Positions 28,801 to 42,527 of a DNA stretch of 64,000 nucleotides are shown here, in pieces. This DNA comes from Pseudovirgaria hyperparasitica (lineage: Eukaryota): NCBI GenBank assembly GCA_010093815.1, contig ML996587.1; one strand, given 5' to 3'. The notes beneath the pieces were generated by a model, which saw only the letters and a list, made by a program, of their open reading frames with translations, ran no database searches and was not told where the DNA came from. Each line of letters begins with the position of its first letter. Positions within the stretch are counted from its first letter, which is position 1. A program made the translations under genes and the position numbers.

Positions 28801-29217
28801 AAATAGATATATAAAGGGCTAACAAAGGCCTAAGTATCTATACTCCTCCAAGCCCGAATAGGCGCTATAGGTCTTCTATATTACCTCTACTAGAGAGGCG
28901 TCCTAGATATATCTCCCTAGTGTAAGGACTACGGCCGGAGAGGTATAATACGCTACTACCTCGCGACGTGCTCTAGTCTATATACCCTAAGACAAGCCCT
29001 CGTCCGTATAACGAGGACCTCCGACATCACGCGATAGCTTAATAAATACTCTAAGGACGTCGCCCGATAGATGCTCGCATACCTTCCTCTCCCCTAGTTC
29101 TAGTAGACCCGCGTATATATACTAGAAGAAGCCCGATATATACTAGAAGAACCCCGGTATACGTCGGAAGAACCCTGGGAGAACCGCGATTATTAGTTAA
29201 GGGCAGCCCTTAACTAA
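25870..29217 (+). pseudogene. LINE ORF2 (AP endonuclease + reverse transcriptase), RIP-inactivated
   Basis: LLGDFNL (26275), SDHE (26521), KAPRLDGI (~27220), LDIVGAFNKV (~27610), GIL*GSTIS (27781), GYTDN (27871). Start approximate. Confidence 0.88.
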
Positions 29218-29808
29218 TAATCTCCGCACCTATACGTGCTACCTAAGGGCAAACCATTATAACATAGGCTATAGGCCTATAGGTAGCCCCTAGGGCTATA
29301 TATATATAAAGAACGAGAGGATAGACAGAGCGTAGTCATAGATATAAGGGAGTTTTTCCTATTCGTAGGTTTCTTCTTATATAGTAGCTTAGACTAGAGG
29401 AGGCATGCGCCTATAGAGTGGTACTCTACCTAGTTTACTAATATTATTATTATTATTATCTTTAAAGGCTTTTAGGATTACTTAATTCTAGTATTATTAT
29501 AGAAACTATTTCTAGATTCGCTTTTTATAGAGATATTAAAGATAATTATTATAGAGATAGATAACTTAGAAGATTCTATTATATCCCTTATAGTAGAGTA
29601 AGATAAGTTAGTTATCTTCTAGTTAAATCTCTATACCTTTTAAAGGTATATCTCTATTATTCTTACTTATATATTTTCTATAATAATAGATAGTATAGTA
29701 AGTTCTAGAATCTTAGTCTATTATTAACTTATTATATAGTTCTTCTATAGTAAGGGTTTCTTTCTTACTATCTTCCTCTATAGTACTTTCTTCTATAGTT
29801 ACTTCTTT

Positions 29809-32800
29809 TTCGAGGGTACCACGACGCCGGGACAATACATCCTCCTAGGCGACTTTAATCTCTACCATAGGTAGTGGGGAGGCCTAGCCGTCGCGAGAGA
29901 AGAACTTAGAGTAAGGGAACTACATATATAGTACCATGACTTCCTATACCTCCTTATACCTATGGGGTAGATCACCTAGAGGAAACATAAATAGGATAAG
30001 GACGGGTCTACGCTCGACCTTACCCTCGCCACTAAGTACATTAGCCATAGAGTATAGTACTACCGCCCGAGCTGGATATAGACGGACTCCGACTACGAAT
30101 ATATAGAAACCGTAATAGACGTCTCTACTCTTAACGAATAATATAGGAAATAGCTATAGAAGGACACTAATTAGGATAAATACCTAGAGGACCTAGAATC
30201 AGCGATTCTAGACCCCTCTATAGTCGACGTATCTAACGGCCTAGCCATAGATAAGGCCGTGCAAGTCCTCCTTTAAGTATACTAAGCCATAAGAGATAAA
30301 CACGTACTATACTAAATATATAGACCTCTAGAAGCGAGGGGTATACCTTAAATACGAGAGTATAGAAGAGACACCCGTAGACTATATACACGTATATACT
30401 ATATCCGGATAACTAAGGCGTGGGAAGAGTAGAAGGAAGTAGTGCGATATCGTGATAGGGCCCTCCGTAATAAATGATAAAAATAATAGTATACGATTAC
30501 CGATAAACACACACGGTAAGCCGTAGGGCTATGGCGTATAGTAAAGTAGGCTAAGGGTATAGACGCGCCGACACCGCCGCCACTAATACCTCCCCTAATA
30601 TACTAAGAGAGGATATACTCTATAAGCCCGGAGAAGACGGAGATCTTACATAAAGTTATATTCCCCCTTCCGGAGCTAGTAGACCTATTAGACATTAATA
30701 ATACTAAATACCTAGACGTAATTAATATTCCCTAAGAGGTTACTAAGGAGGATATACTTAACGCCGTTAAAGTACTCCCGAATAATAAGGCACCCGGACT
30801 AGATAGGATACCGAATAGGTGCCTTAAACGTACTATACTAGCTACCCTACCGCTTATTAGTTATATATTTTAAGCATGTATTAAGAACGGATACCACCCC
30901 TAAAGCTTCCGGGCCGCCTATACTATTATACTTCTAAAACTAGGGAAGAACCCTAGCTCCCTAAAAGAATAGAGGCTAATCGCCCTTCTCTTCTATCTCG
31001 GGAAGATACTAGAGACTATAATCGCGAAGAAGATAAGCGCCGTAGTATAGGAATATAACCTCCTCCTAGTAAACTAGAAGGCGAAGGCTAGAAGCTCCCT
31101 AATTACCGCTATCTAATATATCCTTAAAGTCGTCTAGACCGTATAGAAGTAGGGACGTATAGTAATACTACTCTCCCTTAATATAGCCGGCGCATTTAAT
31201 AAAGTAAACTATATAAGACTTATCTATAACTTACGGAAGAGGCGTATACCCGCATGGATTACGCGGTTTATATAGTCCTTCCTCGCCGAAAGAGTTACCT
31301 AGATATATATCTCTAGATATCGAAGTAAGTACGAGAAGATGGCTTACGGCATCCTATAAGGAAGTACTATCTCCCCGATCCTCTTTCTCTTCTTTACTAT
31401 AGACCTTCTCTAGGGAATATAATATATAGAGATAGTAGGATATATAGACGATATATACCTTCTAGCTATTAATAATAATACTAGCTAAATATATAGACGA
31501 CTTAAATAAGACCATAGGAGATACGTCTAATGGGTAAAGCGCTACGGAGTAAAGTTCGCCCCCGAAAAGTACTAACTCATATACTTTATTAACCGCCGTA
31601 GGAAATAGGCTACTAGAGAAGGCGAGCGACGCCCTAGAATAGACGCCTTTAACGAACCACCGATATAAAGTATACACGTACTCGGCGTCATGATTAATAA
31701 TAAGCTTAAATAGGGACCATAGATAGTATACGCCGTTTCTAGGGCCCTCTAGGTAGAAGCCGCTATATACCGGATTACGGCCTCTACGTAGGGAACCGCC
31801 CGGGATAAGGCACGCCAGCTATATATATCTATAGCACGACCCGCCTTCACGTATAGACACGAGTGCTAGTATACGGCCCTTATATAGACTAGGCGAATAA
31901 AGCTCGAATCTATATAGAACCGTATACTCCGTCTTATATTAGGTGTATATAAAGCTACTAACACGGTACTACTACGACGCGAGATAGACGTTATAAGTAT
32001 ATATAACTTCTACTAGATATAGAGGGTAGTATACTTTACTAAATAATAAGTATAGGAACGTGTAGGAAATATAGAATATACCTTCGCCGCGCTACGCGCG
32101 TAAGTTAGCGTATACTACTAAGTACTCTTATATATAGGCCGGACTCGACTATAGTATAAGTACCCGATAGAAATAGACTTAAACTAAGTAGTATAAGAGA
32201 TTAAGAATAACCTAGATACTCTTCTAGACTAATAGAGCCTTTAAGAGCTCGGACGAAGTATACGGTCGTAGATCTAAGATAAGTAGAAAGAGATACTCCG
32301 GGCCTAGTAGGCCTCCTAGTAGGATAGGTACCTAGAGTAGATCTAAGAACTATAGAAGGAGCTAAGTAAATAGATATATAAAGGGCTTATAAAGGCCTAG
32401 GTATCTATACTCCTCTAAGCCTAAACGGGCGCTATAGAACTTCTATACTATCTCTATAAGAGAGGCGTCCCTAACGTGTCTCTATAGTATAAGGTGTACG
32501 GCCGGAGAGGTATAATACGCTACTATCTTATAATATACCCCGATCTTCACACGTAAAGGTAGAAGCTTATCCATACGATAAGAACCTCTAATATTATATA
32601 ATAGCTTAATGAGTACCCTAAGGACGTCGCCCGGTAGATAATTATATATCTACTACTCCTCTAATTCTAGTAGACCTAGAAATATATACCGGAAGAAACC
32701 CGGCATATATTAGAGGAAACCCGGTATATGCCGGAAGAACCCCTTAACTAATAACCTCTATACCTACACGTGCTATCTAAGGGTAAAATAACGGTAATAT

Positions 32801-32992
32801 AGGCTATAGGCTAATAGGTGTACCCTATGGCTATATACTTAAGAAGAAATAAAGGTTTAATAAGATGTAATTATTAACATAAGGAAGTTTTCCCCTCTTG
32901 GGTTTCTTCTTATATAGTAGTCTAGACTAGAGGAGGCATAGGCCTATAGAGTACTACTCTACCTAGTTATACAATATTATTATTATTATTAT
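29809..32992 (+). mobile_element. 5'-truncated Tad1-like LINE copy L3
   Basis: Starts inside the endonuclease domain; TSD TATAGTTACTTCTTT (29794-29808 / 32993-33007); (TAT)n tail; only the right arm of the palindrome remains (32741-32754). Confidence 0.93.
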
Positions 32993-34649
32993 TATAGTTA
33001 CTTCTTTAGATACTATTTCTTTAGTTAGTTTAGATCTTCTTATTATATCTAAGTATTTCTATAGTTCCGTTTTTTCGTAGAGTAATAGAGGTTATTTACT
33101 AGCTATTAAAATATTTCTTTTCTTTAGATACTAATCTATACTATTCTTTTCTAACTTATATATAAAGTAGAGGTTATTAGTATAACTAGTCTATAATATA
33201 GCTATATAAGGTACTTCTTCTTTTTCTATAATAAAGTTTTCTTATCTTAGTACTAGGTTCTTAATCTAATTTTTCTTATTTTTATTTTTTAGATATTCGC
33301 GGATATAGTGTCTCTTTTCCTTATAGTAGAGATACTTATCTTTCTTCTTTAGTTACTCCTTTGCCTTATTAGATAGGCGTTTTATCTATAAGATACTAAG
33401 TTCTATTAGTATAGGTCTATTATAGAATCCCTTATATAAATAATTTAGAGTCTTATTAATATAGCTCTTTCTAGTATCTTATTTAAGTATAGGTTAAAAG
33501 ATCTTTTTCTCTCTTTTCTTATAGTATCTCTTATATAGTTAGTTATTAATCTAGACTATAAGCTTAATATATTCTTAGAGGTTAGTAGAATAGTCTCTCT
33601 CTCTAGAGATTTTATCCTTAATATTATTATAGAGTTCTATATAGAACTAGAGAATTAGAGGTTTATTATTCTAGCCTAACTAACTTAAGATTTATTAGAA
33701 TTTAGAGGCGTAGTTAGATATAGATTTTATCTAGACTATTTACTAGATCTATCTCTTAGCTATTCTTTATTTATCTATATCTCTAAAGGTTATCTTAATA
33801 TATTTCTCAAATTCTTTAAAACGTTTAAAGATCTTAGTAGTATTATTATATTAATTCTATAGATTATTTTCTATAAAGTCCCTTAAGTAGAGTTTAAACT
33901 AAGTAAGTATATCTCTCTTTAGTAATCTAGTAGTATATATAACTTATTCTTCTAGCTTCTAGATTTAGTAGATCTAGAGATATATTCTAATCTATATTAG
34001 AAATCCTTAGAGTTTACTTCGCTTACCTTTAAAAGATTCTAGGATTTTTCTTTTAAAGCTCTCTTTAGCTTTTCTAAGTTTAATATTTTCTCTCTAGAGC
34101 TCTATAACTTACTCCTCTAATTCTATAATAAGATATCTAACTTATTCTATAGTTAGGGCTTATAGAGTAGTTTACGAAGATAAGGACTATCTATTATTTA
34201 CTATTTTTTTATTTAAATAGATAGCGTAAATACTTACTTTAGAGTCTAAGATAAGTAATTAAACTATAATAAACCTTCTCTAGTAAGGATATGGCTTATC
34301 CCTAAAGTAGCCTATTATATAGAGTATTCTAGCTTTCCTAAAGATAAAGATACTTAGAAGGCTTAGAAGAGTATAAGTAGATTTATAGTAAGTATTAATA
34401 GAGTATAAATAGTAACTAGCTAGTAGGCGAGTAAAGTAGTAATTATATTAGTATAAGTTTAAATTAATTACTATAGAACTATCTCTAGAGGTTAGATTTA
34501 AAGGGTCTATATAGTTCTACTAAGGTTCTTTAATTAGAATACTTATTCTAAGCGTCTAGTATATTACTTAGAATATTAGTATTCTATTTCTAATTACTTA
34601 GTAGACTACTTAGAATATCTATTCTAAGTATCTATAATTAGCTCTCTCT

Positions 34650-37600
34650 ATAGATATCTATCTTAGTCTTAGATTATTATCTAAGGCTATCTATAGTATT
34701 ATAAGTACCCCTTCTACGTGTTATACTATCCCTTATACTACTTATACTAGAGTCTATGTATCCTTCTATAGTCGTAGCTAGTAATTTATTATACTTATAT
34801 TATAGACTTTAGCTTTATCTTATCTCTAGTATTATATAACGAAGCCGGGATAGATAAGACTAGTATAGAGATATTACGTAACCTTACTTAAGACTATACT
34901 TAAGCTATAATCTACACGGGCTTATCTCTACTCTCTAAGTTAAATTATAATATATCTTAATTACTATTATAGTAATACTCTAGTTATATCTATTATATTA
35001 ATTTAACTTTATTAATCTCTTTCTATACGTAGTCTTATAGTATAAGATAGTCTTAATGTATAAGACTCTAATCTAATACGGTAACTCTCTAACGCCTTTC
35101 TTAGCTTCTAGAATAAAATATAGACCGTCTATAAGTCTATTATAGCTATCTAAGTAGTAAGCGAGTCTTATATATCTAATATTAAGTAGAGTATCTATAT
35201 AGCGCTATAGTATATTAATACCCGCCTTCTTATAGTTAAATTATATAGTCGTACTCCCGCTACGTTAATCTATAGAGACTTATCTCTACCTTAGTCTAAC
35301 CCCTCCTTAGTAGTACCTTAATATCTATATAGATCTAAGCTAGCTCTATCTATACGTACCTCTACTTTACTACTATCTACTCTATATATTATACTTAACT
35401 AGTCTATAAAGAGAAAGTACCTTCCCCTTAGTAACCTATATAATAGATCTAAGACTCTCTTCTATATATAGTCTATTATAATATAGTATAAGATTACTTA
35501 GAATACTAATTTTATTAGTATCTATAGAGACTAGATAGCTCTTATCTAGACTAATCTTACTTCTAAGATATAGAGGGGGGTTAGTATAGTATATTCTACT
35601 AGAGAGCTAAATAGCGACTAGAATCTATACATATTTCTAGACTACCTTAAGTTCTAGTTTAGAGATATATATACTAAAGAGCGGGCCCTTTAGTAGTTAA
35701 ATATAATTATATAGAAGACGAAGGAGCCGTTTACTAAGTACTTTATCTAGTTCTATACCGCCCTCTAGAAGGCTAGAGAGATATACTAGGCTAATAACTA
35801 GAAGCTTATATAGCTCTAGAACGGTCTAAACTAGAAGACTTAGACGGTAGCCTTAAACTAGGGCCTCCTAGACTAATATAAGACCGCTATAGACCCCCTT
35901 AGAGATATTAGTATAGATATAGAGTTATTCTAGCTCTATATAGAGTAAGGCTTAGTACTCTAAAGTAAGTCTAGTAAGAATAAGAATAGTAATATAATAA
36001 TATCCGCGGTTACTATTAAGGCTATTAAGATAAAGGATAAGAAGTAAGCTACCTTACTAGTAGTAAAGCGTAAGAATAGAGTTAAGAAGAAAAGTCTTCT
36101 TTATAGATTCTAAAGGATTTATTCTAGAAGTACTATATAATAGATGTATATATCTAGTATAGCTAGGCTAGCTATTAATAGTGGGGCTATCTAACCACTA
36201 TTAATATATAAGTGCTTAAGTTTACGGCTCTAGCTCTAAATAATACTAATTCTAACTCTAAGGTAGAGAGGGCTTAGTTCTCTACTAGAGTCTAGATTAG
36301 AGAATATTATAATATTTAGTAGAGAATAAAACTATAGGCGACTAGAATAATAGCTCTAACCTAGAGAATAGTACGTCTACTCGTACTATAGATAGGCCCC
36401 TACCCGTTATATTACTATTTCTCTAGAATAGAAAGTATATAGATACCTTAGTAGATATAGAGTATAAGTATTTTATAGTAGTTAGTCTATCTCTTATAGT
36501 AGATATAGCTAAGTTATATATCTTAGTTCTATATTATTAAGTAGCTCTTACTACTAATAGAGTATTAGAACTAGAGATTATAGAAGTTATTACTATATAG
36601 TATAATATTATAGGGTAGAGATAATATCTCTCCGTCTATATAGTACCTAGACTAGACTAGAATCTTATCCTTAGAAGTCTATAGCTCTACTAGGCTAGTA
36701 CTATTATTAATATATAGATAGATAAGATTACACTTTACTATATCTATAGTCTTATAGTCTAGAATATAAATATCTATATATATCTAATAAGTATTTAGAT
36801 ACTTACTAAGAAGAACTATATTATAGAGAATCTAGAGTTAGCTTATTAACGTAGATAGATAGTTACTACTAGTATCTATAATATTACCTACCTTCTATAG
36901 CTTATACTTCTCTAGCTATCTTTAATAACTAACTAGAATATAATTAAGCTTATAGAGGATAGACACCTACTTCTATTAAAACTATATATCTACTATAATC
37001 TCTTTAATAAGGCGAAGATATTAGTATTATCTCTCTACTAGAGAAGTACTAACTACTATATCTATCTTAAGTCTATACTAGCTAGAACCTCTATAAACCT
37101 CCCTTAGGGACCTCTCTATACTATATCTTAGAAGTAGCTTATAGAGCTACGCTACTAACTTACGGACCTTATAGATAAGGGTTAGATATATACTAGCTAC
37201 TCTATAGCTAGAGCGCTAGTACTTCTTATCTCTAAGCTAGAAGAAAAGTAGTAGCTATATATTAACTATAGAGTCCTTAATAGTATTATAGAGTAGAATT
37301 AGTATCTACCCCCTCTAATATATAAAACCCTATATACTATTAGTAATATATTATAGTTTAGTAAGATTAATATCTAGACGGCGTTCTATAAACTATAGGT
37401 AGCCGCTAGAGATAAATATAAGATAGCTTTTTATATCTAGTTCGGCCTCTTTAAATAGACTATACTTCTATTTAGTCTCTCTAGTACCCTAGTCTCTTTC
37501 TAATACTATATTAATAGAGTACTAAGCGGGGTTCTAGAAGTTATCTATATAGTATATCTTAATAATATTCTTATCTATACCCTAGGTATACTAGAGAACT

Positions 37601-39916
37601 ACTAGACTACTATAAAGACTATTCTATCTCTTCTTACTAAAGCGGACCTTTACTATAACCTTACTAAATATTATTTTACTACTAAGGAAGTCTAGTATCT
37701 ATGGTATATTATTACTACTAGTAAATTAATCCGCTCTAACCCGGAGAAAATTACTATAATTTAAGACTAGAAGCCTCTAACTATAGTCCGGGGTATCTAG
37801 TAATTTATTAGATTTATAAACTTCTACTATAACTTTCTCTCTAACTTCTCTATAGTAGCGGCTCTACTATATACCCTTACTAAGGCCGGAATAACCTTCT
37901 ACTAGAGTCTATCTAAGGACTACGCGTTTATTAAGCTAAAGAATACTTTTATTATAGAGCTAATTCTCTAGTTCTAGAATAAGATATATAATATAATAAT
38001 TAAGATAGATTACTCTAACTATATAACGGGTAGATATCTATTCTAGAGGGTTCGGGGTATTTAGTATCTAATAGTATACAACTCCGCGGCCCTTACGGCT
38101 ATCTAGTAGAACTATATAATCTATAATAAGAAGCTTCTTACTATAGTTTAGTATCTTTAGATATAGAAACCTAAGCTTTAGAGTATCTACTATCTCTTTA
38201 TAATCTATATAGACTATAAGAACCTTAAGTACTTTACTAAATCTTATCTTCTTATTCTATAGTAGTAATAATAGTCTAACTAGCTTATACTCTTTAACTA
38301 TAATCTAGTATACTAGCTAGGATTCTAGACGGCTCGCCTAGATGCCCTTAGCTATTATAACTAGAACTTATCTAAGAAGTCCCTTCTATAGAGGTAGCTT
38401 ATAACTCTATAAGCTATTTAAATAGTACTAGCAAGTACCCGTACTAGAGAGAACTATCTTCTCTAGGGATAAAGTATCTTTACTAATCTCTATCTCTAGA
38501 AGCTCTAGAACTAGGCCGTTTAGTCTATCCTAGTATATTAGATCTACTATATAGCTATAGTAGATAGAGTCTATCTCTTTCTACTAGAGATACTTATAGC
38601 TAAGTAGATTACGGACTACGCTATATTAGTATATAGAATACTTATATAGTATAGAGTTATCTAGATATCTAAATAGAAAACCCTTATAATAACTCTTATC
38701 TAGAAGTTCTATACCTTCCCCCTTACGGGCTACTCTAGTAAGAATAAGATATATATAGCTATCTAGCGGGAGTACTACTAGAAGTAGATATAGACTAATA
38801 TCTAGTAATTTATATAGAACTATAACTACTATAGAGCTTATATAAATTAGTATAAGGCCTCTAGGCTTCTCTAGCCGCTTCTAATACTAGACTAGTTCTA
38901 GTTCTAGATTTCTATAGACTTTATAACTAACCTTCTCTAATTAGATCTATTATAGCCCTAGTATCTACTTATTATTATAGATTAGCTCTCTAAATTTATT
39001 TAGCTAGAGATAATTACCTCTATAGTAGCTAAAGACTATATAACGCGATTCTATAATATATAGTAGTACTTCTAGAGATTTCTCTAGTCTATTATTACTA
39101 ACTAGAGCTTAGACTAGCTAGGGTAGTTCTAGATAACCCTTTACTCTATAATAGACGTATACTAGAATCTCTCTATAGTATATTATCTATATATAGATAG
39201 TAGTACTAAGTAAGTAAACTAGAAAGTCTAGATAGTACTTTATATTATAGTAACCTTTAAGTAAACTAACTAGCTAGAGTATATTCTAGTATACTAGCTT
39301 ACTCTAAATAACTATATCTTATTAGTAACTAGTATAGTACTAAATCTACTTCTAAATAGATACTATATTAAACTATTATCTTAATAGCTACTCTCTAATA
39401 TCTCTATAACCTTAGTAAAAGATTAGACTATAAATTTTCTTAAATACCTCTATAATAGTACTACCCTAGTATAGATAGCTATCGCCTAGACTAAGTAACA
39501 TTCTTAGAACTTAGCTAACTAGTTATACCGCCTAGCTAAACGCTTTAAGCGTAGTAATATAGTATAGTTCTTACTCTAAAACGTAAAGATAAATTATCTA
39601 AGCTAGAAACTTAACTAGCTATAGACTAAATATAAGGTTATAGTCTAATCTACTCCTCTAATAGTAACTCTTAATCTTTCTAGAGACCTTTATAAGATAG
39701 TCTATATTAGTCTAGTTAAGTGTACTATAGAGAACCCCCTTTCTAGCTAGAAGTAGCTAGATACTTATCTAGGCCTAGTACTTAAGCTTAACAAAGCTAA
39801 TAAAAATATTACTAAATATAAGGTTAAGAATATTCTTTAAGCTAAAAATATATATAGATAAAATAAGAGATAAGTACTTATAAAATAGAAGGGCTAGCTA
39901 TAGCTAATATAGATAC
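34650..39916 (+). mobile_element. Ty3/Gypsy chromovirus family B, heavily RIPped, cut inside the chromodomain by C2
   Basis: TLVDIEY (<ALVDTGC protease, ~36445), *GPLY, LYINYRVLN, FSKINI, VYLNNILIY (<VYLDDILIY, ~37552), RNase H NYIIYNKKLL, integrase ISIDFITNL, chromodomain YKVKNIL...VLIK*KG (~39817-39895). 5' boundary approximate. Confidence 0.85.
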
Positions 39917-40716
39917 TATAAGAATAGAGTTATTAGATAGTAGTATAGTTAGATAGAATAATAGAGTATATTCTATTATAGAATAAATTACTACTAAACC
40001 CTTTTAGTAGAAATCTAAGAGTATATATATAAAGGGATACTAATCTATCTAGTATATAACTATTTACTACCCTTTATACTACCTTCTAACTATATTAGCT
40101 AAGGTATATATAGATTAGATTATATCTAAAGCTAAGTTCTAATAATTATTCTCTCTCTTTAGAGAGCTACTCTTAGTAATCTAGATTATTATCTATCTCT
40201 ATATTTCTATTCTAAGTCTTATAAGACCTTAGTTATTCTCTATACTTTATCTTAGATATATATAGATACTAGCTAATCTAAAAATTATATAAGTATTTTT
40301 TTAATAAACTAGATTTTATCTATTCTAAATTCTTATATAGATAGAATTATCTAATTAGGCCTAGCGTATTACGTAATATAATTAGATAAGTCTAGGTACT
40401 ATCTATATTAAAATCTTTTCTTAGAAATATTCCTTTCCTTAAAAAACTTTATAACTTATTATAGAGTTTTTTAGATTATTAGATATATTATCTAATTCTT
40501 ATAGATATAGATTTATATAGATTTACTATAATTTACTATAATTTATATAGCTTACTAACTTTTATAGTATACTTAGCTAATAATAATAATAATCTATAAG
40601 AATCTATATCAATTAGTAGTAATTATAATATAGTTTTCTAAAATCTTAATACTTAGAAGTAATTAGTATAGAAATAGATACCTTTAAATAATTCTTATCT
40701 TATATATATTACTAAT

Positions 40717-41610
40717 ATATTAAAAGCTATTAATCTATTCTAACCTAGGCTAGACTCTAATAATCTAGCTATATATTATTATAGTTATTACTTTCTATTA
40801 TATACTACTTATAGTAGTACTAATTCTATAACTTATAGTACTTATATAACTAAGAAGTATTATTATTTATAGATATTTAAATAAGTTTAAAAAACTTTAT
40901 ATAGATTTACCTATATTAGTATAGATTACTACTAGACCTCTAGTAACCTCTACTAATAAGAAGTATAGTACTACTAATTATAATACCTTAGAGAAAGCTT
41001 TCTATAAATTATATATCTATAGTAAAAAGTATACCTAGAAGTATAACTCTAATATAATCTATAAAGATTTATTAGAATCTACTATAGCTATTATTACTAT
41101 AATTACTAGATAATATTATTTTTCTTAAATTATTATAGATTCTTACTAATATATATTAATCTCTATAATAGTACTAAGATCTCTACTACTTTAGACTTTT
41201 TATATATACTAGTAATATTAAGATTTCTAGAAAAGATTCTAGTAAAAAGACTAAGATTCCTTTCTTATATATATCTAAGAATTATAAATTTAAAGAAGAT
41301 AGCTCTAATCTAGAAGTTTCTATACTAAAGATATATAGTTCTATACTAATTATTAAATCTTTTTACTAATTTATATAATTCTTAGTATATCTATACTAGT
41401 CTATCTCTCTCTATTCTAGTTTCTACTACTCTATAGATTTCTATAGAGAAATTTATAGCTATAAAACACACTATATAGAGTTTATAGCATTAGAATAAAA
41501 GACTAGAGACCTATATTATAAAGCTCTATACTATACTAACTAAAAATTAGTAGAAGAAATTAGATATAATTATTATATTAATTAGTTCTTCTACTTCTAC
41601 TCTAACTTAA
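40717..41610 (+). pseudogene. C2 copy of the family C antisense intron-containing gene
   Basis: Colinear with 54873-55767 (reverse complement), more heavily mutated. Confidence 0.6.
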
Positions 41611-41907
41611 TTAGTTTAGATCTATACTAATTAGTACTAATATATTTCTTTTATCTAGTATTTTTAGTTTTTAGTTTTAATTTTAAAGTAATATTATTTT
41701 TTCTAGATAGATTAGTATAAGTTTATATAGATCTATATAGATCTCTATATTTTCTTCTAGTTTTCTTAATTTTATCTTTCTTTAATAATAACTTCTTTAA
41801 TCTCTTTAGTAATCTATACTAATCTATACTAATTAGTACTAATTTTTAATATCTCTTTCTCTTAATAAATTATTTTTCTAAGTCTCTTTTTTAGTTAAAT
41901 TTTTAAA

Positions 41908-42011
41908 GTTCTAAGTTTAAACTTTCTAAGGGGATTCTAAGTTCGAACTTTCTAATAGAGTTCTAAGTTTAAACTTTCTAAGAGAGTTCTAAGTTTAAAC
42001 TTTCTAAGAAA
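41908..42011 (+). repeat. 26-bp tandem repeat x4 downstream of pol in C2
   Basis: GTTCTAAGTT(C/T)(G/A)AACTTTCTAAGRRR units; x3 in C3 (62983-63060), x1 in C1 (~54548-54573). Confidence 0.88.
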
Positions 42012-42469
42012 GTTTTATTAATTCCTTAGAATACTTTAAAGGTCTATATTTCTTTTACCTTCTTTCTTTTAGGCGGCTATCCTTAGTACCGAACTATACT
42101 AAAAAATATTAAATTACTATACTTTAGTATAATTCTCTATAATTCTATAGTCTTCTTTACTAATTACTACTTATATACTAATATTACTACTTTACTAATA
42201 TTTACTATAGGTTTCTAAGTATCTTTATTAGAATTATATTCTTTCTAATAAATTTTATATAGCTATATACTATCTTTAGTATAATATTAGCTAAGTATCT
42301 ACTTAACTTTATAGATATCCGTATCTTCTTATATAATTATTTTATATAGTATCTATTTAGAATAATCTAGTAATAATAAGATATAGAATAGCTTAAGAAG
42401 CGTAATATAGAATATATTATATATCTTTAATATAGAAGGGAGTTTTAACTTATACATCTAGTTATTAAT

Positions 42470-42473
<4 letters not shown>

Positions 42474-42527
<54 letters not shown>

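Larger units (their letters stand above)
24156..29455 (+). mobile_element. Full-length Tad1-like LINE copy L2 (~5.3 kb)
   Basis: TSD TTATCTTTAAAGGCTT (24140-24155 / 29456-29471); ORF1 and ORF2 motifs; palindromes at 24401-24431 and 29190-29220; (TAT)n tail. Confidence 0.95.
23396..34500 (-). mobile_element. Ty3/Gypsy family D, heavily RIPped gag-protease portion in three pieces (23396-24155, 29472-29808, 33008-~34500), split by LINEs
   Basis: Minus strand reads PESFKGKRSKL*GFLI*...LLKRDILT*FKLYLRDF (~33875-34050, Ty3 gag), PILIEL (<PMPMEL, ~33400), VLINSRV*SNFIS (protease, ~23720-23757) and LILGIL*LEEVNP (~23490-23525). LTR boundary not resolved. Confidence 0.78.

Noticed and set aside
107..31677. 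The 11 ORFs in the supplied track as genes
   Set aside because: All are stop-free remnants of RIPped retroelement frames (107, 6020, 7903, 11605, 18483), antisense shadows (4961, 12583, 24952, 27036, 31462) or an off-frame overlap (11895).
41908..42011. CRISPR-like array
   Set aside because: Units are contiguous with no unique spacers, and the context is a eukaryotic retrotransposon.
42471..42527. (AAT)n as an independent microsatellite or telomere
   Set aside because: It is the 3' tail of minus-strand LINE L4, adjacent to its TSD.
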